The notes below the pieces were generated by a model. It was not told the DNA's origin and did no database searches. It was given only the letters and a program-made list of their open reading frames with translations. A stretch of 64,000 bases of DNA, from assembly GCA_019358915.1 (NCBI GenBank), contig JAHHIM010000065.1, positions 288,001-352,000 on the forward strand, given 5' to 3'. The stretch's first letter is position 1. Each line of letters starts with the position of its first letter. The stretch is from Trichormus sp. ATA11-4-KO1. Lineage in GTDB: Bacteria; Cyanobacteriota; Cyanobacteriia; Cyanobacteriales; Nostocaceae. Shown here piece by piece: positions 20,810-29,843 of this stretch. Made by a program: the position numbers and the translations under genes.

Positions 20810-20994
20810 TATATCCCTGGTTTTGTCACTCTCGGAAAACAATAATCTCAGCCAAATTCTGAGACTTTGATTTAATCCAGGTTTGAGGCTTTATTTCCTA
20901 ACAGAAACTAAAATTCATAGACGAAAAGTGGAAACTAAAGCACCGTAACCATTTGAGCGATTGGATTCTCCCAAAGTGACAAATGAGGGATATA
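20810..20994. mobile_element. ~185-bp MITE with TA-flanked ends
   Basis: TATATCCCTGGTTTTGTCACT ... AGTGACAAATGAGGGATATA imperfect inverted repeat. Confidence 0.65.
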
Positions 20995-21047
20995 TAAGTT
21001 TTTTTCTCCTCTGCCCCTCTGCCCCTCTGCCTGTTTTTCCCCATTCC

Positions 21048-22385
21048 TCACCGTCCCAATGAAGGGAGAAAACTCACAATACCTGGGAAAGCGATAATTA
21101 AGACCAAAACCAACATTTGCAGCAAAATAAATGGGATGACACCGCGATAGATGTCAGATGTGGTAACTTCTGGAGGTGCAACGCCACGCAGGTAAAACAG
21201 GGCAAAACCAAAGGGAGGTGTGAGAAAGGAAGTTTGTAGATTTGCTCCCAATATCACACCATACCAAATCAAGTCAATGCCTAACTGTTGGGCTACTGGC
21301 ACAAACAACGGCACGACGATAAAGGCAATTTCAAAAAAGTCAATAAAAAAGCCGAGAATAAATACCGTCGCCATACTAACAATCAAAAAGCCGATTTCGC
21401 CGCCGGGAAGATTGGCGAGGACATCGAACATGAATTGATCACCATTAACTCCCCGAAATACTAAACTAAAAGCTGTGGAACCCAACAGAATAAAAATCAC
21501 CATGCTGGTAATTTTTAAAGTTGCATCACAAACTTGACGCAGAGATTCCAAAGTAAGTTGGCGGTTAGCAGCAGCCAAGGCGATCGCACCTGCACAACCA
21601 ACAGCACCTGCTTCTGTTGGGGTGGCAAAGCCAAAAAAGATACTACCCAGTACTAACAAAATCAGTATTAAAGGTGGCAGCATTACCTGAATTATTCTTC
21701 TTCCTAAGGCTTTACCACCAATTTCTCGCACCTCAGCCGGCAAAGCTGGTGCTAAATCTGGCTGCAAAAATGCCACTATCAGCACATGCAAGGCAAACGC
21801 ACCCGCCATCATCAAACCGGGAATCAGTGAACCGATAAATAAATCACCGACTGAAATACCCAATTGATCACCCAGTACCACTAAGACAACACTCGGCGGG
21901 ATAATTTGCCCTAAAGTACCTGAGGCCGCAATTACACCAGTTGCTAACTGTTTGTTGTACCCATAGCGCAGCATAATCGGCAGAGAAATCAAACCCATTG
22001 CCACCACTGTTGCAGCTACTACACCTGTAGTCGCGGCTAGCAGCGCACCTACTAACACCACAGCTAAAGCTAATCCGCCACGTAAGCGCCCCAACAAAAT
22101 CCCCATCGTTTCTAACAGTCTCTCAGCTATCCCCGATTTCTCCAGCATTGACCCCATAAAGATGAAGTAAGGGATAGCTAACAGAGTGTAGTTGGCCATG
22201 ATGCCAAAAATTCGCTGGGGCATGGCAGTCAAAAACACTGGGTCAAAAACACCCAGGGAAATTCCCACTATGCCAAATAAGATTGCCACACCACCTAAAG
22301 AAAAGGCTACCGGATATCCCAGTGATAACAGCACCAACGCCCCAGCAAACATTACTGGCCCCAGCCATTCATAAGCTAGCGTCAT
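21048..22385 (-). CDS. dctM: TRAP transporter large permease
   Basis: LLAIPYFIFMG, GTLGQIIPPS and LTPPFG motifs. Confidence 0.95.
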   Translation of the reverse strand: MTLAYEWLGPVMFAGALVLLSLGYPVAFSLGGVAILFGIVGISLGVFDPVFLTAMPQRIFGIMANYTLLAIPYFIFMGSMLEKSGIAERLLETMGILLGRLRGGLALAVVLVGALLAATTGVVAATVVAMGLISLPIMLRYGYNKQLATGVIAASGTLGQIIPPSVVLVVLGDQLGISVGDLFIGSLIPGLMMAGAFALHVLIVAFLQPDLAPALPAEVREIGGKALGRRIIQVMLPPLILILLVLGSIFFGFATPTEAGAVGCAGAIALAAANRQLTLESLRQVCDATLKITSMVIFILLGSTAFSLVFRGVNGDQFMFDVLANLPGGEIGFLIVSMATVFILGFFIDFFEIAFIVVPLFVPVAQQLGIDLIWYGVILGANLQTSFLTPPFGFALFYLRGVAPPEVTTSDIYRGVIPFILLQMLVLVLIIAFPGIVSFLPSLGR

Positions 22386-22923
22386 GGTGTTCCTCCTGGG
22401 GTTCTAGTCTGCCTTGAAGAATTGCCACATTTTTAATTGCCTGAGAAATTCCCTGAAAAATCAACATTACAAAGGCGACAATAATCATGGCTTTAATCGG
22501 ATAGCGCGGCAAACCATCCGGATCTGGAGATGTTTCCAGAATTTGCCACGAAGCCACGATGGTATCCCAAGAAAAAAAGATGACCATAATGCAGAAGGGA
22601 ATCAGGAAGAATATCGTTCCCACCAACTCTGCAAGTGCTTTCCGTCGAGGCGGCCAATTGCTGTAAAAGATGTCAACGCGGACGTGTTCATTGTGCTTTA
22701 AAGTGTAAGCTGCTCCCAATAAGAATATTAAATCAAAAATATACCATTGAGCTTCTATGTAAGCGTTGGAAGTCAAGTTACTGCCAATAATCCGCCCTAA
22801 GTATCTACCTATAACATTCCACACGCCAAGTATGACCATGACTAACACCAGCCAACTGGTCAATCGACCAATGCTTTCAGTGCAAGTATCAATAATTCTG
22901 GCTATTCTTAATAGTCTCTCCAA
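22369..22923 (-). CDS. dctQ: TRAP transporter small permease
   Basis: EAQW and HVRVD motifs; four TMs; overlaps dctM. Confidence 0.93.
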   Translation of the reverse strand: MERLLRIARIIDTCTESIGRLTSWLVLVMVILGVWNVIGRYLGRIIGSNLTSNAYIEAQWYIFDLIFLLGAAYTLKHNEHVRVDIFYSNWPPRRKALAELVGTIFFLIPFCIMVIFFSWDTIVASWQILETSPDPDGLPRYPIKAMIIVAFVMLIFQGISQAIKNVAILQGRLEPQEEHHDASL

Positions 22924-23127
22924 AGGTTATCTCACCTCTCTAATCGCTGTAAGTGTAGTTTACAACTCAAGATTGCCAAGAAATAGTTTTCTCCTTAGTG
23001 TCTTTGTGTCTTTGGGGTGAAAATAACCACCAAGACACCAAGATTGAAGATTTTCTACTACACTACGTTCTGACTGTCTCCTCAAAATCGTAGGATAAGA
23101 AGATAAACTAAACTTTACATTTAATCA

Positions 23128-23727
23128 ATGACTTCTAATGTTCCCGCTAAAACTCGAAAGTTACCCATTCAAGCTATAGGGGCTAGGATTTTCCACTCTG
23201 TTAATATCATTAGCCTATTTCTGATGATCACCAGTGGGCTACAAATCTATAATGCCAACCCGGTTTTTGGTGGACGTGCTGGTTTACATATTCCCGCCAT
23301 ATTTACATTAGGAGGTTGGCTAGCAGGCGGCAGACACTGGCACTTTGCGGCAATGTGGTTATTCTCGCTCAATCTGCTGTGGTACGGAATTTATATTTTA
23401 ATTACCCGACGCTGGCGATATCGATTTGTGGGGTTTAAGGATATTAAAGCATTACAAAAAACTCGAAATTCTCAGCGTTTAATTTATGCTTGGCATCGCA
23501 TTGTTTATACATCTATTATTCCTATCTTACTATTGGCATTACTCACGGGTATAGGTATGTATAAACCTGCTCAATTTCCTTGGATTGTCGATATGTTTGG
23601 TAGTTGGCAAGCTTTGCGAATTGTTCACTTTTCTTCAGTGCCTCTAGTTGTTGCTTTTGTATTTATTCACTCGTTGCTAGGACAAAAAGCTGGGGGTTCC
23701 CAACTTACAGAATCAATGTTTTGGTAA
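23128..23727 (+). CDS. Cytochrome b/b6-domain membrane protein
   Basis: Haem-ligand His pattern FH...WHF...VHF...IH. Confidence 0.85.
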   Translation: MTSNVPAKTRKLPIQAIGARIFHSVNIISLFLMITSGLQIYNANPVFGGRAGLHIPAIFTLGGWLAGGRHWHFAAMWLFSLNLLWYGIYILITRRWRYRFVGFKDIKALQKTRNSQRLIYAWHRIVYTSIIPILLLALLTGIGMYKPAQFPWIVDMFGSWQALRIVHFSSVPLVVAFVFIHSLLGQKAGGSQLTESMFW

Positions 23728-23742
23728 ATCAATTTGATAAAT

Positions 23743-24450
23743 ATGAATTTAATTCACGTACAGCGCCGTCAATTTCTCAAAATCTCTGGATTATCTACTT
23801 TAAGTTTGCTGATGGGTGGTTGTGGTACACCAGCTTTTGAAGATATAGTAGGTCAACTTTCGCAACCACTAAATCATCAAGTGGGAGAATTAATATTTAA
23901 TCCACAAAAGCCTGTACCAGAATTTTCGCTGAATGAAATTCAACCAGAGGCGTTGATAGTTAACACATTTCGGTACACCCCAATTATTCATGCAGAAAAG
24001 TATCGTTTAGTTATTGATGGTGAAGTCAATAATCCTCTCAGTCTCAGTATGGCGGAAATTCAGGCTTTACCCCTAACTTCGATGATTATTCGCCATGTTT
24101 GTGTGGAAGGTTGGGCGGCGATCGTGCAATGGGGTGGTATATCTCTCAAAGAAATTATTGCCCTGGCTGAACCTAAAGCTAATGTCCAATTTGCTTATTT
24201 TAAATCGGCTGATGGTTACTATGAAAGTTGGGATATAGCTTCGGTTTTACATCCTCAAACTTTATTAGCTTATCAAAAAAATGGTGAACCTTTACCAGTT
24301 AATAATGGTGCGCCTTTGCGTTTAGCTTCGCCAATTAAACTTGGTTATAAACAGAGTAAATGGGTGACTAAAATTTCACTTGTGAGTAATTTATCACCGT
24401 TTAAGGGCTATTGGGAGGATCAGGGTTATGAATGGTTTGCAGGACTTTAG
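23743..24450 (+). CDS. Molybdopterin-dependent oxidoreductase (sulfite oxidase/MsrP-like), Tat lipoprotein
   Basis: RRQFLK, LMGGC lipobox, HVCVEGW, GAPLRL, KLGYKQSKW and GYWEDQGY motifs. Confidence 0.88.
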   Translation: MNLIHVQRRQFLKISGLSTLSLLMGGCGTPAFEDIVGQLSQPLNHQVGELIFNPQKPVPEFSLNEIQPEALIVNTFRYTPIIHAEKYRLVIDGEVNNPLSLSMAEIQALPLTSMIIRHVCVEGWAAIVQWGGISLKEIIALAEPKANVQFAYFKSADGYYESWDIASVLHPQTLLAYQKNGEPLPVNNGAPLRLASPIKLGYKQSKWVTKISLVSNLSPFKGYWEDQGYEWFAGL

Positions 24451-24514
24451 TAAATGAAAATTGATTAGTTGCCAATACTTATTTCGGTTACTTGTTTTTT
24501 ATTAATTAATAAAC

Positions 24515-25954
24515 ATGATTTTTTTTGATAAATTGCATGGTAATATTTTGCAAAACCAAAGCTTACTTTTCGTAGGTCTTGATCCCAATCCTGAGATGAT
24601 GCCCGCCCATTATAAATCTCAGGATGTTATCGATGATTTGTGGAATTGGTTACAATTCATTATTAGCGAAACCGCCGATTTTGTCTGTGCTTATAAGCCA
24701 ACACTTGGATTTTATGAAGCTTTAGGGGTTGCTGGTTTGGAACTGCTACACAAAACTTTGGCAGCTATTCCTACCCATATTCCCATAATTTTAGATGCTA
24801 AACATAGTGACTTAAATACTAGTACTGTTTTCGCTCGCACAGTATTTACAGAATGGCAAGTAGATGCCATAACTCTTAGTCCATATACAGGACAAGATCA
24901 TGTAGCACCGTTTTTAGTTTACCCCGATAAAGCAGTATTTATTTTATGTTGTACTTCTAATCCGGGAGCAGAAGCTTTACAGCAATATCCGACAAATGAA
25001 TCACCTCTTTATTTGCAGGTGGTAAAGGAATCAAAAAATTGGGGAACTCCAGAACAATTAGGTTTAGAAGTAGGTACTATAAATCCTGAAGTATTGGCGC
25101 TTATTCGCTCAGTTGCACCTGAGAGGATAATTATGGCACGTAGCATTTGGGCAGCAGGTAATAATAACTTGAAGCAAATTTTAAAAGCAGGCTTGAATGC
25201 TAACGGTGATGGCTTACTAATTCCTGTTCCTCAAGATATGTTGGCTAGCCCAAATTTATCCGACAATATTCAATCTTTACGTGCAAGCATTAATCAGGCA
25301 AGAACTGAAATTGTTCGTGATGGTTCTACCTGTTCTGTATGGTTACCTGATGTTTGTTTGTTGAATCAGCATCCCCAACTAGATTTAATTTTACAGCTTT
25401 ATGATATTGGTTGCATTATGTTTGGTAACTTTGTTCAAGCATCAGGAGCCACTTTTCCTTATTACATTGATTTACGCAAAATAATTTCCAATCCTCAAGT
25501 TTTTAATCAAGTCCTTAGTGCCTATGAAAAAATTTTAAAGAACCTGAAATTTGATAGATTAGCAGGTATTCCCTACGGTTCTTTGCCAACGGCTACTGGT
25601 TTATCCTTGCGTTTACATTGTCCGATGATTTTCCCTCGCAAAGAAGTCAAAGCACATGGAACGCGGAGATTAATTGAGGGTAACTTTTATCCTGATGAAA
25701 CTGTAGTGGTAGTTGATGACATTCTGATTAGCGGTAAGAGTGTGATGGAAGGTGCGGAAAAATTAAAATCGGCAGGATTAAAAATTAACGATATTGTAGT
25801 GTTTATTGACCATGAACAAGGAGTACAAGATAGGCTACTAGCAAATGGTTATCGAGGTCATTCAGTTTTCACAATTTCGGAAATCACAGAAACGCTTTAT
25901 CAAGCAGGACGAATTAATCAGGAGCAGTTTTTAGCATTTCAGGAAAGCAAATAG
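24515..25954 (+). CDS. Bifunctional OMP decarboxylase / orotate phosphoribosyltransferase fusion
   Basis: N-terminal VGLDP, YKP and DAKHSDL; C-terminal YIDLR, RKEVKAHG and VVVDDIL PRPP loop. Confidence 0.92.
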   Translation: MIFFDKLHGNILQNQSLLFVGLDPNPEMMPAHYKSQDVIDDLWNWLQFIISETADFVCAYKPTLGFYEALGVAGLELLHKTLAAIPTHIPIILDAKHSDLNTSTVFARTVFTEWQVDAITLSPYTGQDHVAPFLVYPDKAVFILCCTSNPGAEALQQYPTNESPLYLQVVKESKNWGTPEQLGLEVGTINPEVLALIRSVAPERIIMARSIWAAGNNNLKQILKAGLNANGDGLLIPVPQDMLASPNLSDNIQSLRASINQARTEIVRDGSTCSVWLPDVCLLNQHPQLDLILQLYDIGCIMFGNFVQASGATFPYYIDLRKIISNPQVFNQVLSAYEKILKNLKFDRLAGIPYGSLPTATGLSLRLHCPMIFPRKEVKAHGTRRLIEGNFYPDETVVVVDDILISGKSVMEGAEKLKSAGLKINDIVVFIDHEQGVQDRLLANGYRGHSVFTISEITETLYQAGRINQEQFLAFQESK

Positions 25955-26044
25955 CCCTGGCTCTAAAAATTAATAAATTATGCCCTTATCTTAGTTATGG
26001 GTTTGAGCCTAACGCACTAAGATAGATGAGAATAAGTAAGATAG

Positions 26045-26245
26045 TGCGTTGCTGAATTGAGAGATGATTCTTGTCAGGTTGGCAGCATATAGCTTCGCCA
26101 CGCAAGCTATCGACTGAGCGCTCACGCCGTACCCCTTTGGGGAAGCAAGCTACGCGTAGCGTCCCGCAGGGAAGTCTTACCCGCCCAGAAATACAAGGGA
26201 CGGGCAAGATGTCCATCCCACAAATACCAGCGAAATCATCCTGCA
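26045..26245. repeat. Cluster of nested small dispersed GC-rich repeats
   Basis: ATAGCTTCGCCACGCAAGCTAT, CCCCTTTGGGG, GCTACGCGTAGCGTCCCGCAGGGA and GGGACGGGCAAGATGTCCATCCC hairpins. Confidence 0.65.
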
Positions 26246-26327
26246 AATATGCAGTATTATTTTTGTTTTAGTTTTCTGAATACCTGTGTAAGAGGTCTAA
26301 TATTAAGATAATTTATTTGCATTAATT

Positions 26328-27416
26328 ATGTCTATTACGCTGGAAAAACTGCTTAAATGGTTGATTTTGACACTGCTATTTCCTCTAGTCTTTCTCAATG
26401 GTTGGCTAGCATTCCGATTTTTTCAATCTTTTCAAGTTTTAATTACAATTTTTGTATTGGCGACTTTGCTAGCTTTTATTTTGAACTACCCTGTTGCTTT
26501 TTTTCAGCAAAGTGGAATGAAACGAAACTATGCAGTAACGCTAGTTTTTATATCATCTTTGGCAATTTTAGCTGCTTTAGGCATAACTTTGTTTCCGGTC
26601 ATTTCTCAGCAATTTAATGAAATGGCTAAATTATTTCCTCAATGGATTCATTCGAGTGAAGAAAAACTTCACCTACTCGATGAGTGGGCTGTTAACCACG
26701 GATTAAGAATTAGTTTTAGCCAAATTATTGGTCAGTTTACGAATCGCTTACCAGATGAATTGGAGAATCTTGCCGATAAACTTTTTAGTATTGTTATAGA
26801 AACTATTGATAGTATTTCTGATATTTTAATAACAGTAGTATTAACTTTTTATTTTTTGTTAGATGGACCAAGAATTTGGGAAGGAATATTTAAGAGACTA
26901 CCTGGAAGTTTTGCTCAACAGGTGCAAAAATCTCTTCAGCAAAACTTCCAAAATTACTTGATCGGTCAGATAACTTTGGCTTCATTGATGGGATTTTTAC
27001 TAACATTTATATTTTTAATTTTTCGAGTTCAATTTGGTTTAATCTTTGGTTTGGGAGTGGGTATTTTAAGTTTAATTCCCTTCGGTGATGTCGCTAGTAT
27101 CAGTATAATTACTTTAATAATAGCTTCACATAATTTTTGGTTAGCAGTTAAGGTTTTAGCTGTAGCTGTTGTCACCGACCAGTTAATTGACCAAGCGATC
27201 GCACCTCGTCTTTTGGGTAGGTTTATCGGATTGAGACCAATATGGGTGTTAATTGCTTTGCTAGTAGGAACCTATATTGGCGGGTTATTGGGACTGTTAA
27301 TTGCTGTACCTATAGCTGGTTTGATCAAAGATGCCTTTGATGGTTTTTCGCCATCTGATGAGAGCGATCGCGCTGTTGCAGGTTCAGAAATATTAAATCA
27401 GCAATCAACAACTTGA
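26328..27416 (+). CDS. AI-2E family transporter
   Basis: Multi-TM; FYFLLDG, IAPRLLG and GLLIAVP motifs. Confidence 0.9.
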   Translation: MSITLEKLLKWLILTLLFPLVFLNGWLAFRFFQSFQVLITIFVLATLLAFILNYPVAFFQQSGMKRNYAVTLVFISSLAILAALGITLFPVISQQFNEMAKLFPQWIHSSEEKLHLLDEWAVNHGLRISFSQIIGQFTNRLPDELENLADKLFSIVIETIDSISDILITVVLTFYFLLDGPRIWEGIFKRLPGSFAQQVQKSLQQNFQNYLIGQITLASLMGFLLTFIFLIFRVQFGLIFGLGVGILSLIPFGDVASISIITLIIASHNFWLAVKVLAVAVVTDQLIDQAIAPRLLGRFIGLRPIWVLIALLVGTYIGGLLGLLIAVPIAGLIKDAFDGFSPSDESDRAVAGSEILNQQSTT

Positions 27417-27602
27417 TAAGATGACCTCTGTCAAGTCTTGACAGGCGATCGCGCATTTGCATTTTTCTTTGTGGCATAGCAAAGAAAGCATAGGGGTAAA
27501 TGCTTTTAACCTGCCTGATCCCCTGTCTAAGAATTGCTTTGGAGTTGAGTAGCCAGTAGAAGAAATCAGCAGCCGCGACAGAATTGAATAATGAGTCAGC
27601 AT
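27405..27602 (-). CDS. Candidate small RGSGR-containing (PatS/PatX-motif) peptide
   Basis: ATG ORF MLTHYSILSRLLISSTGYSTPKQFLDRGSGRLKAF... filling an intergenic gap; RGSGR at 27510-27524. Confidence 0.45.
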   Translation of the reverse strand: MLTHYSILSRLLISSTGYSTPKQFLDRGSGRLKAFTPMLSLLCHKEKCKCAIACQDLTEVILSSC

Positions 27603-27701
27603 TTTTAGTACAAGTGGGCAAAAAATTTACTTAAATTCCCAGCCTACATGACGACTCAAAAACTCGATTCAGCCTTACGGATGAATATTTTTGCCAAAAT
27701 A

Positions 27702-28760
27702 TCAAATTCCTTTGAATCCCATCTCAGCTTCTATCTCTTGTTGTGCTGGCGGAGATTTCACTTCATCCGGGGTAACTCTGCGGCGATTTTGACGCCAAAT
27801 ACCAACTTGGCTGAGAAATATACCAACTAAAATCAAGCTACCACCAATATATTGAGCTAAAGTAGGGGCTTCACCCAAGATTATGTAAGCTGCTAGGATG
27901 CCTGCAATGGGGGTAAACGAGCCAACCAAGGAAGCCATAGATACCGTGGAATCCCTCAAACCCTTGAGCCAAAAAGACTGACCTAAAACGATAATCACCA
28001 CACCATAAACCAACATCCACTGCCAAAGGAAAGGCGAGAATACATCCATAAAATGATCGCTGCTATAAAGCACTAAAGCACTAAAGAAAAAGATGACGGT
28101 TCCCAAGGCAGTCCGAAAGATATTGTAAATTCCTAACGGTATACGAGAAAGATACTTTTTACTAATAACCGTGGACACAGTTATCGCCACCGCTCCGATC
28201 GCTGCCAAAAATTCCCCTATGCCTAGATTAAACCCTCCGATATTCATCATGGTTTGCCCTGGTAGCTGAAGCAGGATTGTGAGGGTAACGCCGACAAAAG
28301 CCGCGATCGCTCCGACAATTTCCCAAAGATTTACCCTCTCCCCTAACAGCCAAACTGATAAAGCCAAAATCAAGGGTGGTTCCAATCTACCTATCAAAAT
28401 GACGTTATTAACTTCAGTGAACGCCAATGCTTGAAAAATTAAGCCGGGAGCTATTGCTCCTGATAGGATGGCAACTACTGTCATAATCAACCAATCTTTG
28501 CGGGATATTTGCCTCAAAGTCGCTTTGCTCCACTGTTGCCCATAGATCAGTATGAGAACCATCAAAGCGCACAGGTTGCCCACAAATAAAACGTTACACA
28601 GCGAAATGGGATTTCGACCATCTATTAAGTTTTGGGAACCGATTTCTGTCAGCTTGCGGGTAACTGCACCGGATGCTCCAAAAATCAGGATTGCTAGCCA
28701 GAGATAGGCTTGTCCGGGAATTTTGGAGATGAAACGATGCCATTTTCTCTGACTAGCCAC
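27702..28760 (-). CDS. DMT (EamA) family transporter
   Basis: About 10 TMs in two EamA repeats (LLGER, ILGEAPT). Confidence 0.9.
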   Translation of the reverse strand: MASQRKWHRFISKIPGQAYLWLAILIFGASGAVTRKLTEIGSQNLIDGRNPISLCNVLFVGNLCALMVLILIYGQQWSKATLRQISRKDWLIMTVVAILSGAIAPGLIFQALAFTEVNNVILIGRLEPPLILALSVWLLGERVNLWEIVGAIAAFVGVTLTILLQLPGQTMMNIGGFNLGIGEFLAAIGAVAITVSTVISKKYLSRIPLGIYNIFRTALGTVIFFFSALVLYSSDHFMDVFSPFLWQWMLVYGVVIIVLGQSFWLKGLRDSTVSMASLVGSFTPIAGILAAYIILGEAPTLAQYIGGSLILVGIFLSQVGIWRQNRRRVTPDEVKSPPAQQEIEAEMGFKGI

Positions 28761-28805
28761 AATTACACCACTGCAATGAAATTGCTGTTAATGATACTAG
28801 GCTTC

Positions 28806-29013
28806 CCTGATTAAGTCTAGGTGAGGTCGATGTCAGCACAAATCACTGAGTAATTTTGAAAACGAAGGAAGATGTTCGGAGGAAGGAGGAAGAAGGAATA
28901 ACAAAAACTTTAGTTGTGGGTTTAAAGCCCACTTTTTAAAATGTGGGTCTCTTCTTCCCTCTTCCTTCGTGAACTCTGGCGATCGCTGACCAAGTGACTG
29001 TGATCTAGCCAGG
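28806..29013 (+). ncRNA. Candidate structured 5' leader RNA upstream of the COG4280 gene
   Basis: Nested complementary blocks CCTG/CAGG, CTAGGT/ATCTAG, CACA..TCACT/AGTGA..TGTG, plus crossing GTCAGC/GCTGAC. Confidence 0.4.
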
Positions 29014-29064
29014 CAAAACAAGTGAAAATAGCCATAAATCAAAATTTAAGGTGTCGAAGATATT

Positions 29065-29802
29065 ATGAATTGGGAAATCTTTATAGCTAGTTTTGCCGGA
29101 TCTCTAATTGAATTAATCGAGATTCTCGGTATAGTCATCGTTGTCGGGAGGTTAGCAGGTTGGCGTAATGCGCTAGTTGGTTCAAGCGGTGGTATTGGCT
29201 TGACTTTACTGCTATCTCTAGTGTTAGGGAAGAGTTTAACTCTGATACCCGTAGATATTCTCAGAATTGTGGCGGGAGTTTTGTTACTACTGTTCGGTCA
29301 AAAGTGGACTCGTTCCATAGTCAAGTACTACGCCGGCATTCCTAAGAAGCGTAAAGATGATGAAGATAGGCTAGAAGCGGAACTAGCAAAAGATGGCAAT
29401 CAATCTGGCTGGAACTGGTTTGCTGTGGTCACCACCTTTAAAGGGGCGCTATTGGATAGTGTGGAAGTGGCGATCGCTGTAGTTACTTTGGGTGCTGCTG
29501 GAAGCAAATGGCTAGAGTCGATTAGTGGTGCTGGATTTGCGGCATTTAGCTTAATGGTATTTGCTTTCTTATTTAGAGCGCCACTCCAGCAAGTACCCGT
29601 GAAACCAATGAAGTTTGTAGCAGCAATGTTACTGATGGGATTTGGTCTCTACTGGCTGGGTACAGGATTAGATTTTGAGTGGCCAGGTGGTCATTGGGCA
29701 ATTATTTGGTTACCTCTAGCTTGGGGCGTGGGTATGGCGATCGCATCTGCAATTTGGCGTTGGCGAGTAGGGTTGCAAAAGCCAGAGGAAGTTATCAGTT
29801 AA
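29065..29802 (+). CDS. COG4280 / UPF0016-like membrane protein, putative divalent-cation transporter
   Basis: Two internal repeats with intramembrane acidic motifs (IELIEIL and LDSVEVA). Confidence 0.75.
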   Translation: MNWEIFIASFAGSLIELIEILGIVIVVGRLAGWRNALVGSSGGIGLTLLLSLVLGKSLTLIPVDILRIVAGVLLLLFGQKWTRSIVKYYAGIPKKRKDDEDRLEAELAKDGNQSGWNWFAVVTTFKGALLDSVEVAIAVVTLGAAGSKWLESISGAGFAAFSLMVFAFLFRAPLQQVPVKPMKFVAAMLLMGFGLYWLGTGLDFEWPGGHWAIIWLPLAWGVGMAIASAIWRWRVGLQKPEEVIS

Positions 29803-29843
29803 CATTATCTGTTGAAGCGATCACCGGGTGCAGGAGCATAAAA

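Noticed and set aside
25995..26271. ORFs of 83 and 66 aa
   Set aside because: Derived from dispersed repeats
27765..27770. DIF1-like (TCCGGA) promoter for the RGSGR ORF
   Set aside because: Only a mismatched CCCGGA inside the DMT gene, with no suitable -10 box
28806..28820. Hammerhead ribozyme core
   Set aside because: CTGATTA does not fit CUGANGA and there is no correctly placed GAAA
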